NCBI GenBank assembly: GCA_050257855.1
Contig: JBLMXQ010000133.1
Location: forward strand, 51,651 to 115,650
Source of the DNA: Betaproteobacteria bacterium
Lineage (GTDB): Bacteria > Acidobacteriota > Vicinamibacteria > Vicinamibacterales > CAVVIG01
Length of the DNA stretch: 64,000 bases
Reading direction: 5' to 3'
How positions within the stretch are numbered: the stretch's first letter is position 1; the number at the start of each line of letters is the position of its first letter. The notes under the pieces were generated by a model that was not told the DNA's origin, did not search any database, and saw only the letters and a program-made list of their open reading frames with translations. The position numbers and the translations under genes are program-made. Positions 52,200 through 60,565 of this stretch are shown here, piece by piece.

Positions 52200-53425
52200 A
52201 CCGGAGCACGTGGCGCATCGCCTGGCGGAGTCTCTGGCGCAACCGCCGGCGCACGGCGCTGGCGCTGGCCGCGATCGGGCTCTCGGTCGCCCTGGTCCTG
52301 CTCTACGACTCCGTGCTCCGCGCCTACGGCGACTGGATGGTCGAGACGATCACGGGGCCGATGCTCGGCCATGTGCAGGTGCATGCGCCGGGCTGGCGCC
52401 GCGATCGGTCGATGGACCGGACCATCCGCGGCGTGCCGGACCTGCTCGCGGCGTTGCGGCGGGATCCCGCGGTGGCAGGCGCGACGGCGCGCGTGTACGC
52501 GCCGGCACTCGCCGCGCGATCCGAGGAGGGATTTACGGTCGTCGTGCTGGGCATCGATCCGCGCCTCGAGACGGGGCCGGCGCGGCTGCTCACCTCCGAT
52601 GTTCCGCCCATCGAGGGCCGGCGCGTCCTCCTCGGGCGCGCGCTCGCGGACCAGATGGGCGTCCACCCGGGCGATACGCTCGCGATCGTCGGGCAGGCGG
52701 CGGATGGCTCGACGGCGAACGACCTCTACACGGTCGCCGGTCTCGCCCAGACGCCGCTCGATCTGGTGAACCGACAGGGCGTCGTGATGGATCTGGCCGA
52801 AGCGCAGGCCCTGTTCGCGATGCCTGGCGAAGCGCACGAGATCGTGGTGCATGCCGTGCGTCCGGACGATGCCGCGCGGCTCGCCGCGGCGCTCCGCGGC
52901 TGGCCGGCGCTCTCCCATCTCGAAGTCCTCGACTGGCGGACTCTGTCCCCGGAGATGGTGAGTCTCGTCGAGATCGTGCAGGTGGCGTGGGTGGTCGTGC
53001 TCGGTCTCGTGTTCGTGGCTGCCGCGGCCGGCGTCGCCAACACGATGCTGATGGCCACTTTCGAACGCACCCGTGAGTTCGGCATGCTTCTCGCCCTCGG
53101 CACCGCACCGGCCCGCATCGTCCAGATGATTCTCGCCGAATCGGTCGCCCTCGGCGCCATCGGCGCGGTGTGCGGAACCGCGGTTGCCGTGGCGCTGGTC
53201 GCCGCCGTGCACAGCACCGGCATCGACTATGCGACGCTGACCGGCGGTGGACCGTCGGAGCTGTCGTTTGCCGGCCTCCACTGGTCGCTCCGGCTCTACC
53301 CGACGCTGGCCGTCGTGGACGTCGCGCGCGCGGCCGCTGCCGTCGTGATCACGTCGATAGCCGCCGCGGCGTGGCCCGCGATCCGTGTCGCGCGCCTGCA
53401 GCCCGCGGCGGCGCTGAGGGCCTGA
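52196..53425 (+). CDS. ABC transporter permease, FtsX/MacB-type (4 TM with large periplasmic loop)
   Basis: WRIAWRSLWRNRRRTALALAAIGLSVAL ... the C-terminal FtsX block REFGMLLALGTAPARIVQMILAES ... ATGA overlap with the upstream gene. Confidence 0.85.
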   Translation: MNRSTWRIAWRSLWRNRRRTALALAAIGLSVALVLLYDSVLRAYGDWMVETITGPMLGHVQVHAPGWRRDRSMDRTIRGVPDLLAALRRDPAVAGATARVYAPALAARSEEGFTVVVLGIDPRLETGPARLLTSDVPPIEGRRVLLGRALADQMGVHPGDTLAIVGQAADGSTANDLYTVAGLAQTPLDLVNRQGVVMDLAEAQALFAMPGEAHEIVVHAVRPDDAARLAAALRGWPALSHLEVLDWRTLSPEMVSLVEIVQVAWVVVLGLVFVAAAAGVANTMLMATFERTREFGMLLALGTAPARIVQMILAESVALGAIGAVCGTAVAVALVAAVHSTGIDYATLTGGGPSELSFAGLHWSLRLYPTLAVVDVARAAAAVVITSIAAAAWPAIRVARLQPAAALRA

Positions 53426-54657
53426 TGCCGGTCTCGACGACCTACGCGCTGCGCAGCATCGGCCGCAACGCCCGGCGGACCGCGCTGTCGGTGGTCGGCA
53501 TCGGGATCGGGTGCGCGCTCGCGCTGTTGATGGAGAGCATGAACCGGGGCCGCGACGAGCTCTTCGCGCGCACGGCCGCGTACAGCGGTGTCGGCCACGT
53601 CCGCGTGGTCCCGGCCAGGTGGCAGGAGCGGCGGGACCCGAGATTGCGTCTGGCCGACTGGCGGGCGGACCTGTCCGCCGCCCGCGCGCTGCCCGGCGTA
53701 TCAGCCGCCACGGTACGGGCGCGAACCCAGGCACTGCTGGCCATGGGGACGCACGTCGTGCCGGTGGAGATGACCGGCGTCGAGGCCGCCGCTGAGCCGG
53801 CGACGAACCGCTTCGTGCGGCGCGTCGCCTCGGGCCGCTACCTGCGGCCCGGTGAGCGCGACGCGGTGGTCATCGGCAGGGCGATCGCGGATCGACTCCG
53901 CGCCGACGTGGACGACGACGTGCTGGCGACCGCCGTCGGTGCGGGGGGACGCTTCGAGAGCATGATGCTCCGCGTTGCCGGCATCGTCGAGACCGGCAGC
54001 GAGGAGATCGACGCCGGGCTCTGCCAGGTGTCGGTCGACGACGTGGAACGCCTTACCGGACTGGCCGGCGGCGGCGAGATCGTGGTGATGCTGACGGACT
54101 GGCGCACGCTGCACGCCGCGCGGGACGCCCTGGCCGGACGGCTGCGAACCGGCGACGTGGTGCTGACGTGGGAGGACATCACGCCCGAGATGAAAGGGCA
54201 CATCGAGCAGGACAACGCATCCTCGCGGTTCGTCAGCGCCGTCATCCTGCTGATCGTGCTCCTCGGGGTCGCGAGCGCGCAGCTCGCCGCGGTGCTGGAG
54301 CGCCGCAGGGAATTCGCGGTCCTCGCGGCTCTCGGGATGCGGGCCAGCACGATGGCGCGGATCGTGCTGCAGGAAGCGGCCACGCTCGGAGTCGCCGGCG
54401 CCCTCGTCGGCCTCGCGATCGGAGGCCCGCTCGTCTGGCAGTTCGCGCGCGTGGGGCTCGACCTTCGACGCTACATGGGAGGGAGCTACACGTTCCAGGG
54501 GGTGCTGATCGAGCCGATCATCTACGGCGACATCGGCTCCTGGATCGTGGTGTACGTGTTCGTGGTGGCGATCGCCGCGACGATGGTCGCCTCGCTGTAC
54601 CCGGCCTGGTTCGCGGCGCGCACCGAGCCGGCGGCCGCGCTGCGGGTGGCGCAATGA
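53425..54657 (+). CDS. ABC transporter permease, FtsX/MacB-type (second copy)
   Basis: YALRSIGRNARRTALSVVGIGIGCAL ... REFAVLAALGMRASTMARIVLQEA ... The ATG overlaps the upstream stop by 1 nt. Confidence 0.85.
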   Translation: MPVSTTYALRSIGRNARRTALSVVGIGIGCALALLMESMNRGRDELFARTAAYSGVGHVRVVPARWQERRDPRLRLADWRADLSAARALPGVSAATVRARTQALLAMGTHVVPVEMTGVEAAAEPATNRFVRRVASGRYLRPGERDAVVIGRAIADRLRADVDDDVLATAVGAGGRFESMMLRVAGIVETGSEEIDAGLCQVSVDDVERLTGLAGGGEIVVMLTDWRTLHAARDALAGRLRTGDVVLTWEDITPEMKGHIEQDNASSRFVSAVILLIVLLGVASAQLAAVLERRREFAVLAALGMRASTMARIVLQEAATLGVAGALVGLAIGGPLVWQFARVGLDLRRYMGGSYTFQGVLIEPIIYGDIGSWIVVYVFVVAIAATMVASLYPAWFAARTEPAAALRVAQ

Positions 54658-55400
54658 GCGGCGAGATCATCAGCGCACGCGGGCTGACCAAGACGTTCAG
54701 CCAGGGCGCAACCGAGGTGCACGCGCTTCGCGGCGTCGATCTCGAGGTGGGCGCCTCGGAGTTTCTCGCGCTCGTCGGGCCATCCGGAAGCGGAAAGACG
54801 ACGCTGCTCAATCTGATCGGCGCGCTCGATGCCCCCACGTCGGGTCAGCTCCTCGTGCTCGGGCGCGCCGTCGCCGCCCTCACGCGCGCCGAGCGTGCGG
54901 AGCTGCGCCTGCGCTCGATCGGCTTCGTGTTCCAGGCGTACAACCTCGTGCCGGTCCTGACGGCGCTCGAAAACGTCGAGTTCGTGCTCGAGCTCCAGGG
55001 CGCCGGGCGCGATCGGCGGCATCGTGCCCGCGAGGTCCTCGCCGAGCTCGGCCTGTCGGATCTCGCCGACCGCCGGCCGGGTGAGCTGTCCGGCGGGCAG
55101 CAGCAGCGCGTGGCGGTGGCCCGCGCCGTCGCCGCGCGCCCTGCGCTCGTCCTGGCCGACGAGCCGACGGCGAATCTCGACGGCGAGAACGCAGAGACGC
55201 TCATGCACCTGATGCGCGATCTGCGCGACCGCCACGGGATGACGTTCGTGTTCTCCACCCACGACCCGCGCGTCGTCACCCACGCCGTCCGTGTCGTCAC
55301 GCTCGTGGACGGGCGCGTCGTGCGCGACGAGCTGAAGCCAGGCGAGCCGCCGCACGAGATCCTGCCGGGCATCGGCCGCGGCGCCGCAGCGGAGGCGTGA
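54654..55400 (+). CDS. ABC transporter ATP-binding protein (LolD/MacB-ATPase-like)
   Basis: GPSGSGKTTLLN, LSGGQQQRVAVARAV, LVLADEPTANLD. ATGA overlap with the upstream permease gene. Confidence 0.9.
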   Translation: MSGEIISARGLTKTFSQGATEVHALRGVDLEVGASEFLALVGPSGSGKTTLLNLIGALDAPTSGQLLVLGRAVAALTRAERAELRLRSIGFVFQAYNLVPVLTALENVEFVLELQGAGRDRRHRAREVLAELGLSDLADRRPGELSGGQQQRVAVARAVAARPALVLADEPTANLDGENAETLMHLMRDLRDRHGMTFVFSTHDPRVVTHAVRVVTLVDGRVVRDELKPGEPPHEILPGIGRGAAAEA

Positions 55401-55401
55401 C

Positions 55402-56625
55402 GTGCGCCCGCGCGCCGCCGCCGCGGTGCTGGCGACGGCGCTCGCCGCCGCGCCGGCGGCGAAGGCCCAGGAGTCGGGCGCCGGGCCGGCGCTGACGCTG
55501 CGCACGTCGTTGAAGGGCAGCATCCTGCTGACGCGCGCTCCCGACGATCCCGAGCTGTTTCCCCAGCGCGATTCCGCGACGACGTTGTGGCGGATCCGCT
55601 TCGAGCCGTCGATCCGCCCCACGCCGAGCCTGACCGTGACGATCGCCTACGAACAGCGGCTGCGGTTCGCGTCGGCGCCGGCCGGCTTTCAGAGCGCCGC
55701 CGCGCTGCCATCCGAGGCTCCCGCGCCGTACCGAATCCGTCAGCTCGACTGGACGCTGTCCGACGGCGCACGCTCGTCGTGGCGACACGAGGTCGACCGG
55801 GCGCTGGTCGCCTGGCGCCTGCCCAAGGCGGAGATCACGGCAGGTCGCCAGGCCATCGGCTGGGGTCGGGGCGTGATGTTCGGCGCCGTCGACCTGTTCG
55901 CGCCGTTCTCGCCGGTCGAGGCCGACCGTGAATGGCGCCGCGGCGTGGACGCCGTGCGCGCCGACGTCAGGCTCGCCGCTCGCGTCTCGCTCGACACGGT
56001 CGGTGCGTTCGGGCGGACGATCGACACCTCGGTCTTTGCGGCGCGCCTGCGAGGATACGCCGGGCGCGCGGACGTCGAGGTGGTCGGCGGCCGCCGCGCC
56101 CGCGACGACTTCGGCGGGCTGACGGCGTCGGCCGCAGTGGGCGACACCGAGCTTCACGGCGAGACGGCGGTGTTTCGCACGCCCGAGAGGGGCACGGTCG
56201 TCAAGGCCGTCGCCGGCGGGTCCTATCGTCTGCCGATCGGCACCGGGGTGCTCGTATTCGGTGAATATCAGTACTCGGGATTCGGCGCGACCAGCGCCGC
56301 GGCCATCCTGCCGCTGCTGGCCGATCCCGCATTTCAGGAGCGCTACCTGCGCGGCGACACGCAGACGCTCGGGCGCCACGCCGTCGGGGTGCTGCTGACC
56401 AGCGAGTGGTCTCCGTCACTCTCGCTCGGCGGCCAGTGGCTGCACAATCCGGTCGACGGCTCCGGCATCGTGGTCCCGTCGGCCACCTTCGTGCTGGGGG
56501 ATCGACTTTCGATCCTGGCGAACGTGTACCTGGCGTACGGACGGCGTCCCGAGGGATGGCAACTCGCCACGGAGTACGGCGCGGGCGGGATGTCGGGTTT
56601 CCTGCAGGTCCGGTTCTATAACTAA
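55402..56625 (+). CDS. Hypothetical secreted protein, probable outer-membrane beta-barrel
   Basis: Starts 1 nt after the ABC ATPase stop. Signal peptide ...AAAPAAKAQ. Alternating-hydrophobicity strands occur throughout (TLWRIRFEPSI, SLTVTIAYEQRLRF). The C-terminus is GFLQVRFYN. Confidence 0.5.
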   Translation: MRPRAAAAVLATALAAAPAAKAQESGAGPALTLRTSLKGSILLTRAPDDPELFPQRDSATTLWRIRFEPSIRPTPSLTVTIAYEQRLRFASAPAGFQSAAALPSEAPAPYRIRQLDWTLSDGARSSWRHEVDRALVAWRLPKAEITAGRQAIGWGRGVMFGAVDLFAPFSPVEADREWRRGVDAVRADVRLAARVSLDTVGAFGRTIDTSVFAARLRGYAGRADVEVVGGRRARDDFGGLTASAAVGDTELHGETAVFRTPERGTVVKAVAGGSYRLPIGTGVLVFGEYQYSGFGATSAAAILPLLADPAFQERYLRGDTQTLGRHAVGVLLTSEWSPSLSLGGQWLHNPVDGSGIVVPSATFVLGDRLSILANVYLAYGRRPEGWQLATEYGAGGMSGFLQVRFYN

Positions 56626-56634
56626 GATACGGGG

Positions 56635-57777
56635 GTGATTGCTTCCCGCCGGGTGCGGCTCCTCGAGTTCGCCGTCGACCACTCCCTCGTCCTGCCCGTC
56701 GGCGCCATCGTCGCTCTCGTGTGGGCGAACACGAGGCCCGAGACGTACCAGCGGTTTTCGCACGCGCTGCTCTTCGCGGTCAACGACGTCGCGATGGTCT
56801 TCTTCTTCGCGCTCGCCACCAAGGAAGTCGTCGAGGCAACGGCGCCCGGCGGCGCCCTGCACACGTGGCGCCGCGCGGCGCTGCCCGTGGTCGCCGCCAC
56901 CGGCGGCATGATCGGCCCGGCGCTCATCTATCTGCTGGCGGTGCATTTCTGGGGCCGGCCGGTGCTGACGCGCGGGTGGGCGATTCCCTGCGCGACCGAC
57001 ATCGCGTTCAGCTATCTCGTGGCGCGCGGCATCTTCAGGCGCCACCCGGCTATTCCGTTCCTCCTCCTCCTCGCCATCGCAGACGATGCGCTCGGACTGA
57101 TCATCCTGGCGGTGTTCTACCCGATCGGCGAGCTCCACCTGTTCCAGGCCTCCCTGCTGATGGCAGCCGCCCTGTCCGTCTCGTACGTCATCCGGCAGCG
57201 GAAGGCGAGGAGCTTCTGGCCGTACATCGTCGCGGGCGGCAGCTTTTCCTGGGCGGCGCTGTACGTCGGCGGCCTCCATCCGGCGCTCGCGCTCGTGCCG
57301 ATCGTCCCGTTCCTGCCGCACGCCGCGCGCGATCCCGGGCTGTTCATCGAGGCGCCGCCGACCGCGCACGACACCCTGAGCGAGTTCGAGCGCTCGTGGA
57401 AGTACCCGGTCCAGGTCGTCCTGTTCTTCTTCGGGCTCGTGAACGCCGGCGTGCCCCTTCAGCAGGTCGGCGTCGGGACATGGGCCGTGCTGATCGCGAT
57501 ACTGGCGGGCAAGCCGATCGGCATCATCGCGTCGGTCGTCGCCGCGGTTCTGGCCGGCCTTCGTCTGCCGGCCAGGCTGAGCTGGGCGGACCTCGTCGTC
57601 GTCGGCTTTGCCGCTGCGATCGGGTTCACCGTCGCGCTGTTCTTCGCGACGGCCGCGTTTCCCGTCGGGCCGCTGCTCGACGAGACGAAGATGGGGGCGC
57701 TCCTGAGCGTCGGCGGATCGATTGTGGCGTTTGCCGCGGCGGCGCTGCTGCGGGTCGGGCGCTTCGAGAGGAGCTGA
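56635..57777 (+). CDS. nhaA: Na+/H+ antiporter NhaA
   Basis: VNDVAMVFFFALATKEV ... GWAIPCATDIAFSYLV ... LLLAIADDALGLIILAVFY ... are NhaA signature blocks. Confidence 0.9.
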   Translation: MIASRRVRLLEFAVDHSLVLPVGAIVALVWANTRPETYQRFSHALLFAVNDVAMVFFFALATKEVVEATAPGGALHTWRRAALPVVAATGGMIGPALIYLLAVHFWGRPVLTRGWAIPCATDIAFSYLVARGIFRRHPAIPFLLLLAIADDALGLIILAVFYPIGELHLFQASLLMAAALSVSYVIRQRKARSFWPYIVAGGSFSWAALYVGGLHPALALVPIVPFLPHAARDPGLFIEAPPTAHDTLSEFERSWKYPVQVVLFFFGLVNAGVPLQQVGVGTWAVLIAILAGKPIGIIASVVAAVLAGLRLPARLSWADLVVVGFAAAIGFTVALFFATAAFPVGPLLDETKMGALLSVGGSIVAFAAAALLRVGRFERS

Positions 57778-57789
57778 GGCGGTCCGGGA

Positions 57790-58170
57790 TTACTGCTTGC
57801 CGGGCGGCGGGACGTCCTTGACGATGAAGACCTTCTCGCCCGGCCGGATCAGGCCGAGCTCGCGGCGCGCGAGCTCCTCGATGGCGTTGGGATCGTCGCG
57901 CAGGCGGCGGGCCCGGTCGCGGAGGCGCGCGTTCTCCGCGCGCTCCTGTGCGATGCTGGCCGCCAGCCGGTCGTATTCTTCGCGCGCGCGCAGGGTCGCC
58001 AGGAGGCCGCGGTCGCCGACGAGCGTGTTGACGACGATGAGCGCGGAAACGAAAAGCAGCGCCCACCGTATGGCCCGGCGGAATCCGCTCGCCTCGCCGT
58101 TCGCCGTGCGGCGTGTCGACGTCTCGGTTTCGATCGCGCGCTTCGCCACTGACGAAGAACAGTACAACAA
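57790..58170 (-). CDS. ftsB: Septum formation initiator FtsB/DivIC family
   Basis: One TM helix, then a coiled coil and ...DPNAIEELARRELGLIRPGEKVFIV. The start is uncertain. Confidence 0.75.
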   Translation of the reverse strand: MLYCSSSVAKRAIETETSTRRTANGEASGFRRAIRWALLFVSALIVVNTLVGDRGLLATLRAREEYDRLAASIAQERAENARLRDRARRLRDDPNAIEELARRELGLIRPGEKVFIVKDVPPPGKQ

Positions 58171-58265
58171 CGGCCCGCGAAGTACAAGTCCGAAACTGCG
58201 GCAGAGCTGCGGTGGATTCCGGAGTGCGGACGTCCGGCCGGGCGGCCGCAGCCGAAGGACGGAAC

Positions 58266-58607
58266 ATGCCAGATACCGATACCGATGTGGTGGTGGTTCT
58301 CACGACGCTGCCGGCCGGGGAGACCGGCGACGAGGCGGTGGCGTTCGCCCGCGCGCTCGTCGACGAGCGGCTGGCCGCATGCGTCAGCGCGTTCGCGCCG
58401 ATGACGTCGGTCTACCGATGGAAGACCGCCGTCGAAACCGAGGCCGAACGACAGGTCGTCGTCAAGACGACCCGCTCGCAGCTCCCGCGTCTCGAAGCGC
58501 GCCTCCGCGCGCTGCACCCTTACGAGTTGCCCGAGCTGATCGTGCTGTCCGCCGCGGCCGGCAAGGCGTACGGGGACTGGGTGAGGGACGCCGTCTCGGA
58601 TCGGTAG
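58266..58607 (+). CDS. cutA: Divalent-cation tolerance protein CutA
   Basis: VVVLTTLP....A..FARALVDERLAACV......SVYRWK..VE...E..VVVKT ... HPYE.PE is the CutA1 pattern. Confidence 0.85.
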   Translation: MPDTDTDVVVVLTTLPAGETGDEAVAFARALVDERLAACVSAFAPMTSVYRWKTAVETEAERQVVVKTTRSQLPRLEARLRALHPYELPELIVLSAAAGKAYGDWVRDAVSDR

Positions 58608-58677
58608 GGGCGTCCAGAGATCCGGCCGCTCGGGAAGACGTGCGCGCGTACCCGAGCACTCTCGTCAGGTGCCGCTC

Positions 58678-59364
58678 TCAGCGAATCGATCCTTCTGACC
58701 CCCTGGGCTCCCGTGGGAGAACGGAGCGGCGGCGGCGAATTACGAACTCCACCGCCATCGGGAGCACCGAGACGATGACGATCCCGATGGTCACGAGCGA
58801 GAAGTTCTGCCGGACGACGGGCACGTTGCCGAACAGGAACCCGCCGCCGAGGCACAGGGCCACCCAGCCGACGGCGCCCGCCATGTTGTAGACGCCGAAC
58901 GCGGGCGGCGACATCCGCGCGGCCCCGGCGACGAAGGGTACGAAGGTCCGCACGATCGGCACGAACCGCCCCAGCACCACTGCCTTCCCGCCGTATTTCT
59001 CGAAGAACACGTGTGCCCGGTCGAGGTGCTCCTGGTTGAGGAGCCGGTGCGACAGCGCCGACCGATCGCGCGCGCTGAACACGCGCGGCCCGATTGCGCG
59101 GCCGATGCTGTAGTTGATGGTATTGCCGGCGAAGGCTGCGAGCGCGAGCAGGCCGAAGGCAATCGGCGCGCTCAGCGCGCCGGTCGCGCAGAGGGTCCCC
59201 GTGGCGAACAGGAGCGAGTCGCCCGGCAGGAACGGGGTGACGACGAACCCGGTCTCCGAGAACACGATCGCGAAGAGCAGGCCGTACACCCACGCGCCGT
59301 AGGCGTTGACGAACTCGAGCAGGTGTCGGTCCGAGTGCAGGAAGAAGTCGAGAACGGCCGCCAT
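58678..59364 (-). CDS. dedA: DedA-family membrane protein
   Basis: FSETGFVVTPFLPGDSLLFATG ... YGGKAVVLGRFVPIVRTFVPFVAGAARM. The start overlaps the upstream stop by 1 nt. Confidence 0.88.
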   Translation of the reverse strand: MAAVLDFFLHSDRHLLEFVNAYGAWVYGLLFAIVFSETGFVVTPFLPGDSLLFATGTLCATGALSAPIAFGLLALAAFAGNTINYSIGRAIGPRVFSARDRSALSHRLLNQEHLDRAHVFFEKYGGKAVVLGRFVPIVRTFVPFVAGAARMSPPAFGVYNMAGAVGWVALCLGGGFLFGNVPVVRQNFSLVTIGIVIVSVLPMAVEFVIRRRRSVLPREPRGSEGSIR

Positions 59365-60539
59365 CAGACGTGTTCGAGCGCCTGGGTCAGGTCTTCCTGC
59401 AGGTCCTCGACATCCTCGATGCCGGCGGAGATGCGGACCAGGCCGTCCGTGATGCCGAGCGCCGCCCGGCGTTCGGGCGGCACCGACGCGTGCGTCATCG
59501 ACGCCGGGTGGCAGATGAGCGTCTCGACGCCGCCGAGGCTCTCGGCGAGCGCGTGCAGCCGCACGTGGTTCAGCAGCTGCCGGGCGGCCTCGAGCGACCC
59601 GAGCTCGAACGAAAGCATGCCGCCGAACCCGCGCATCTGGCGCTTCGCCAGCTCGTGCTGCGGGTGCGTCGCGAGCCCGGGATAGTACACCTTCTGCACC
59701 TTGGGATGCTTTGCCAGGAACTCGGCGAGCGCCAGGCCGTTCGCGTTGTGCTGCCGCATCCGCAGCGGCAGCGTCTTCGTGCCGCGCAGCACGAGCCAGG
59801 AGTCCCACGGGCTCAGAATCGCGCCTTCGGCGTTCTGCACGAACTTCAGCCAGGCGATGTCGTCTTCCCGCGTCGCGATGACGACGCCGCCGACGCTGTC
59901 GCTGTGGCCGTTGAGATACTTCGTGGTGCTGTGCGTGACGAGATCCGCGCCGAGCTCGATCGGCCGCTGAATGTAGGGGCTGGCGAACGTGTTGTCGACC
60001 ACGAGCCGGATGTCGCGGCGGTGCGCGAGCTCGGCGGCCGCCCTCAGGTCCGTCAGCTTGAACATCGGGTTGGTCGGCGTCTCGACGAACAGCATGCGCG
60101 TCGCCGGCGTGACGGCCCGCTCCACGGCGGCGAGGTCGGACGTGTCGACGTAGGAGAACGCCAGCTGGTAGCGCGTCAGCACCTTGTCGAACAGCCGGAA
60201 CGTGCCGCCGTACGTATTGTCCGAGACGATGACGTGATCGCCAGACCGGAGCATCGTGGCGATGGCCCCGATGGCCGCCATGCCCGACGCGAAGGCGAAC
60301 GCGGCCCGGCCCGATTCGATGGCCGCCAGGTTGCCCTCGAGCGCCTGTCGCGTCGGATTCTGCGTCCGCCCGTACTCGAAGCCCTTGTGCCTGCCGAGCT
60401 CCTCCTGCACGTACGTCGACGTCGCGTAGATAGGCGTGATGATGGCGCCGGTCGACGGGTCGGGCTCCTGCCCGGCATGCAGACACAGCGTACTGAACCG
60501 CACCTTGGTCGTCAGCTTCACGATCCCGATACGATACAT
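59364..60539 (-). CDS. Cys/Met-metabolism PLP enzyme (cystathionine gamma-synthase / gamma-lyase / beta-lyase family)
   Basis: STLCLHAGQEPDPSTGA...PIY.TSTY ... YGRTQNPTRQALE ... HSTTKYLNGHSDSVGG (PLP lysine) ... SLGGVETLI.HPASMTH. Confidence 0.88.
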   Translation of the reverse strand: MYRIGIVKLTTKVRFSTLCLHAGQEPDPSTGAIITPIYATSTYVQEELGRHKGFEYGRTQNPTRQALEGNLAAIESGRAAFAFASGMAAIGAIATMLRSGDHVIVSDNTYGGTFRLFDKVLTRYQLAFSYVDTSDLAAVERAVTPATRMLFVETPTNPMFKLTDLRAAAELAHRRDIRLVVDNTFASPYIQRPIELGADLVTHSTTKYLNGHSDSVGGVVIATREDDIAWLKFVQNAEGAILSPWDSWLVLRGTKTLPLRMRQHNANGLALAEFLAKHPKVQKVYYPGLATHPQHELAKRQMRGFGGMLSFELGSLEAARQLLNHVRLHALAESLGGVETLICHPASMTHASVPPERRAALGITDGLVRISAGIEDVEDLQEDLTQALEHV

Positions 60540-60565
60540 CTGTTAATATCGCAAAGTCCACGCTC

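Noticed and set aside
60540-60565. Only 26 bp separate the divergent PLP-enzyme and PP2C-phosphatase start codons, and the gap contains TTAATAT. This suggested overlapping or leaderless promoters.
   Set aside because: - Either start codon may be mis-assigned, since internal GTG or ATG codons exist.
- No convincing -35 elements are present.
- The evidence is insufficient.
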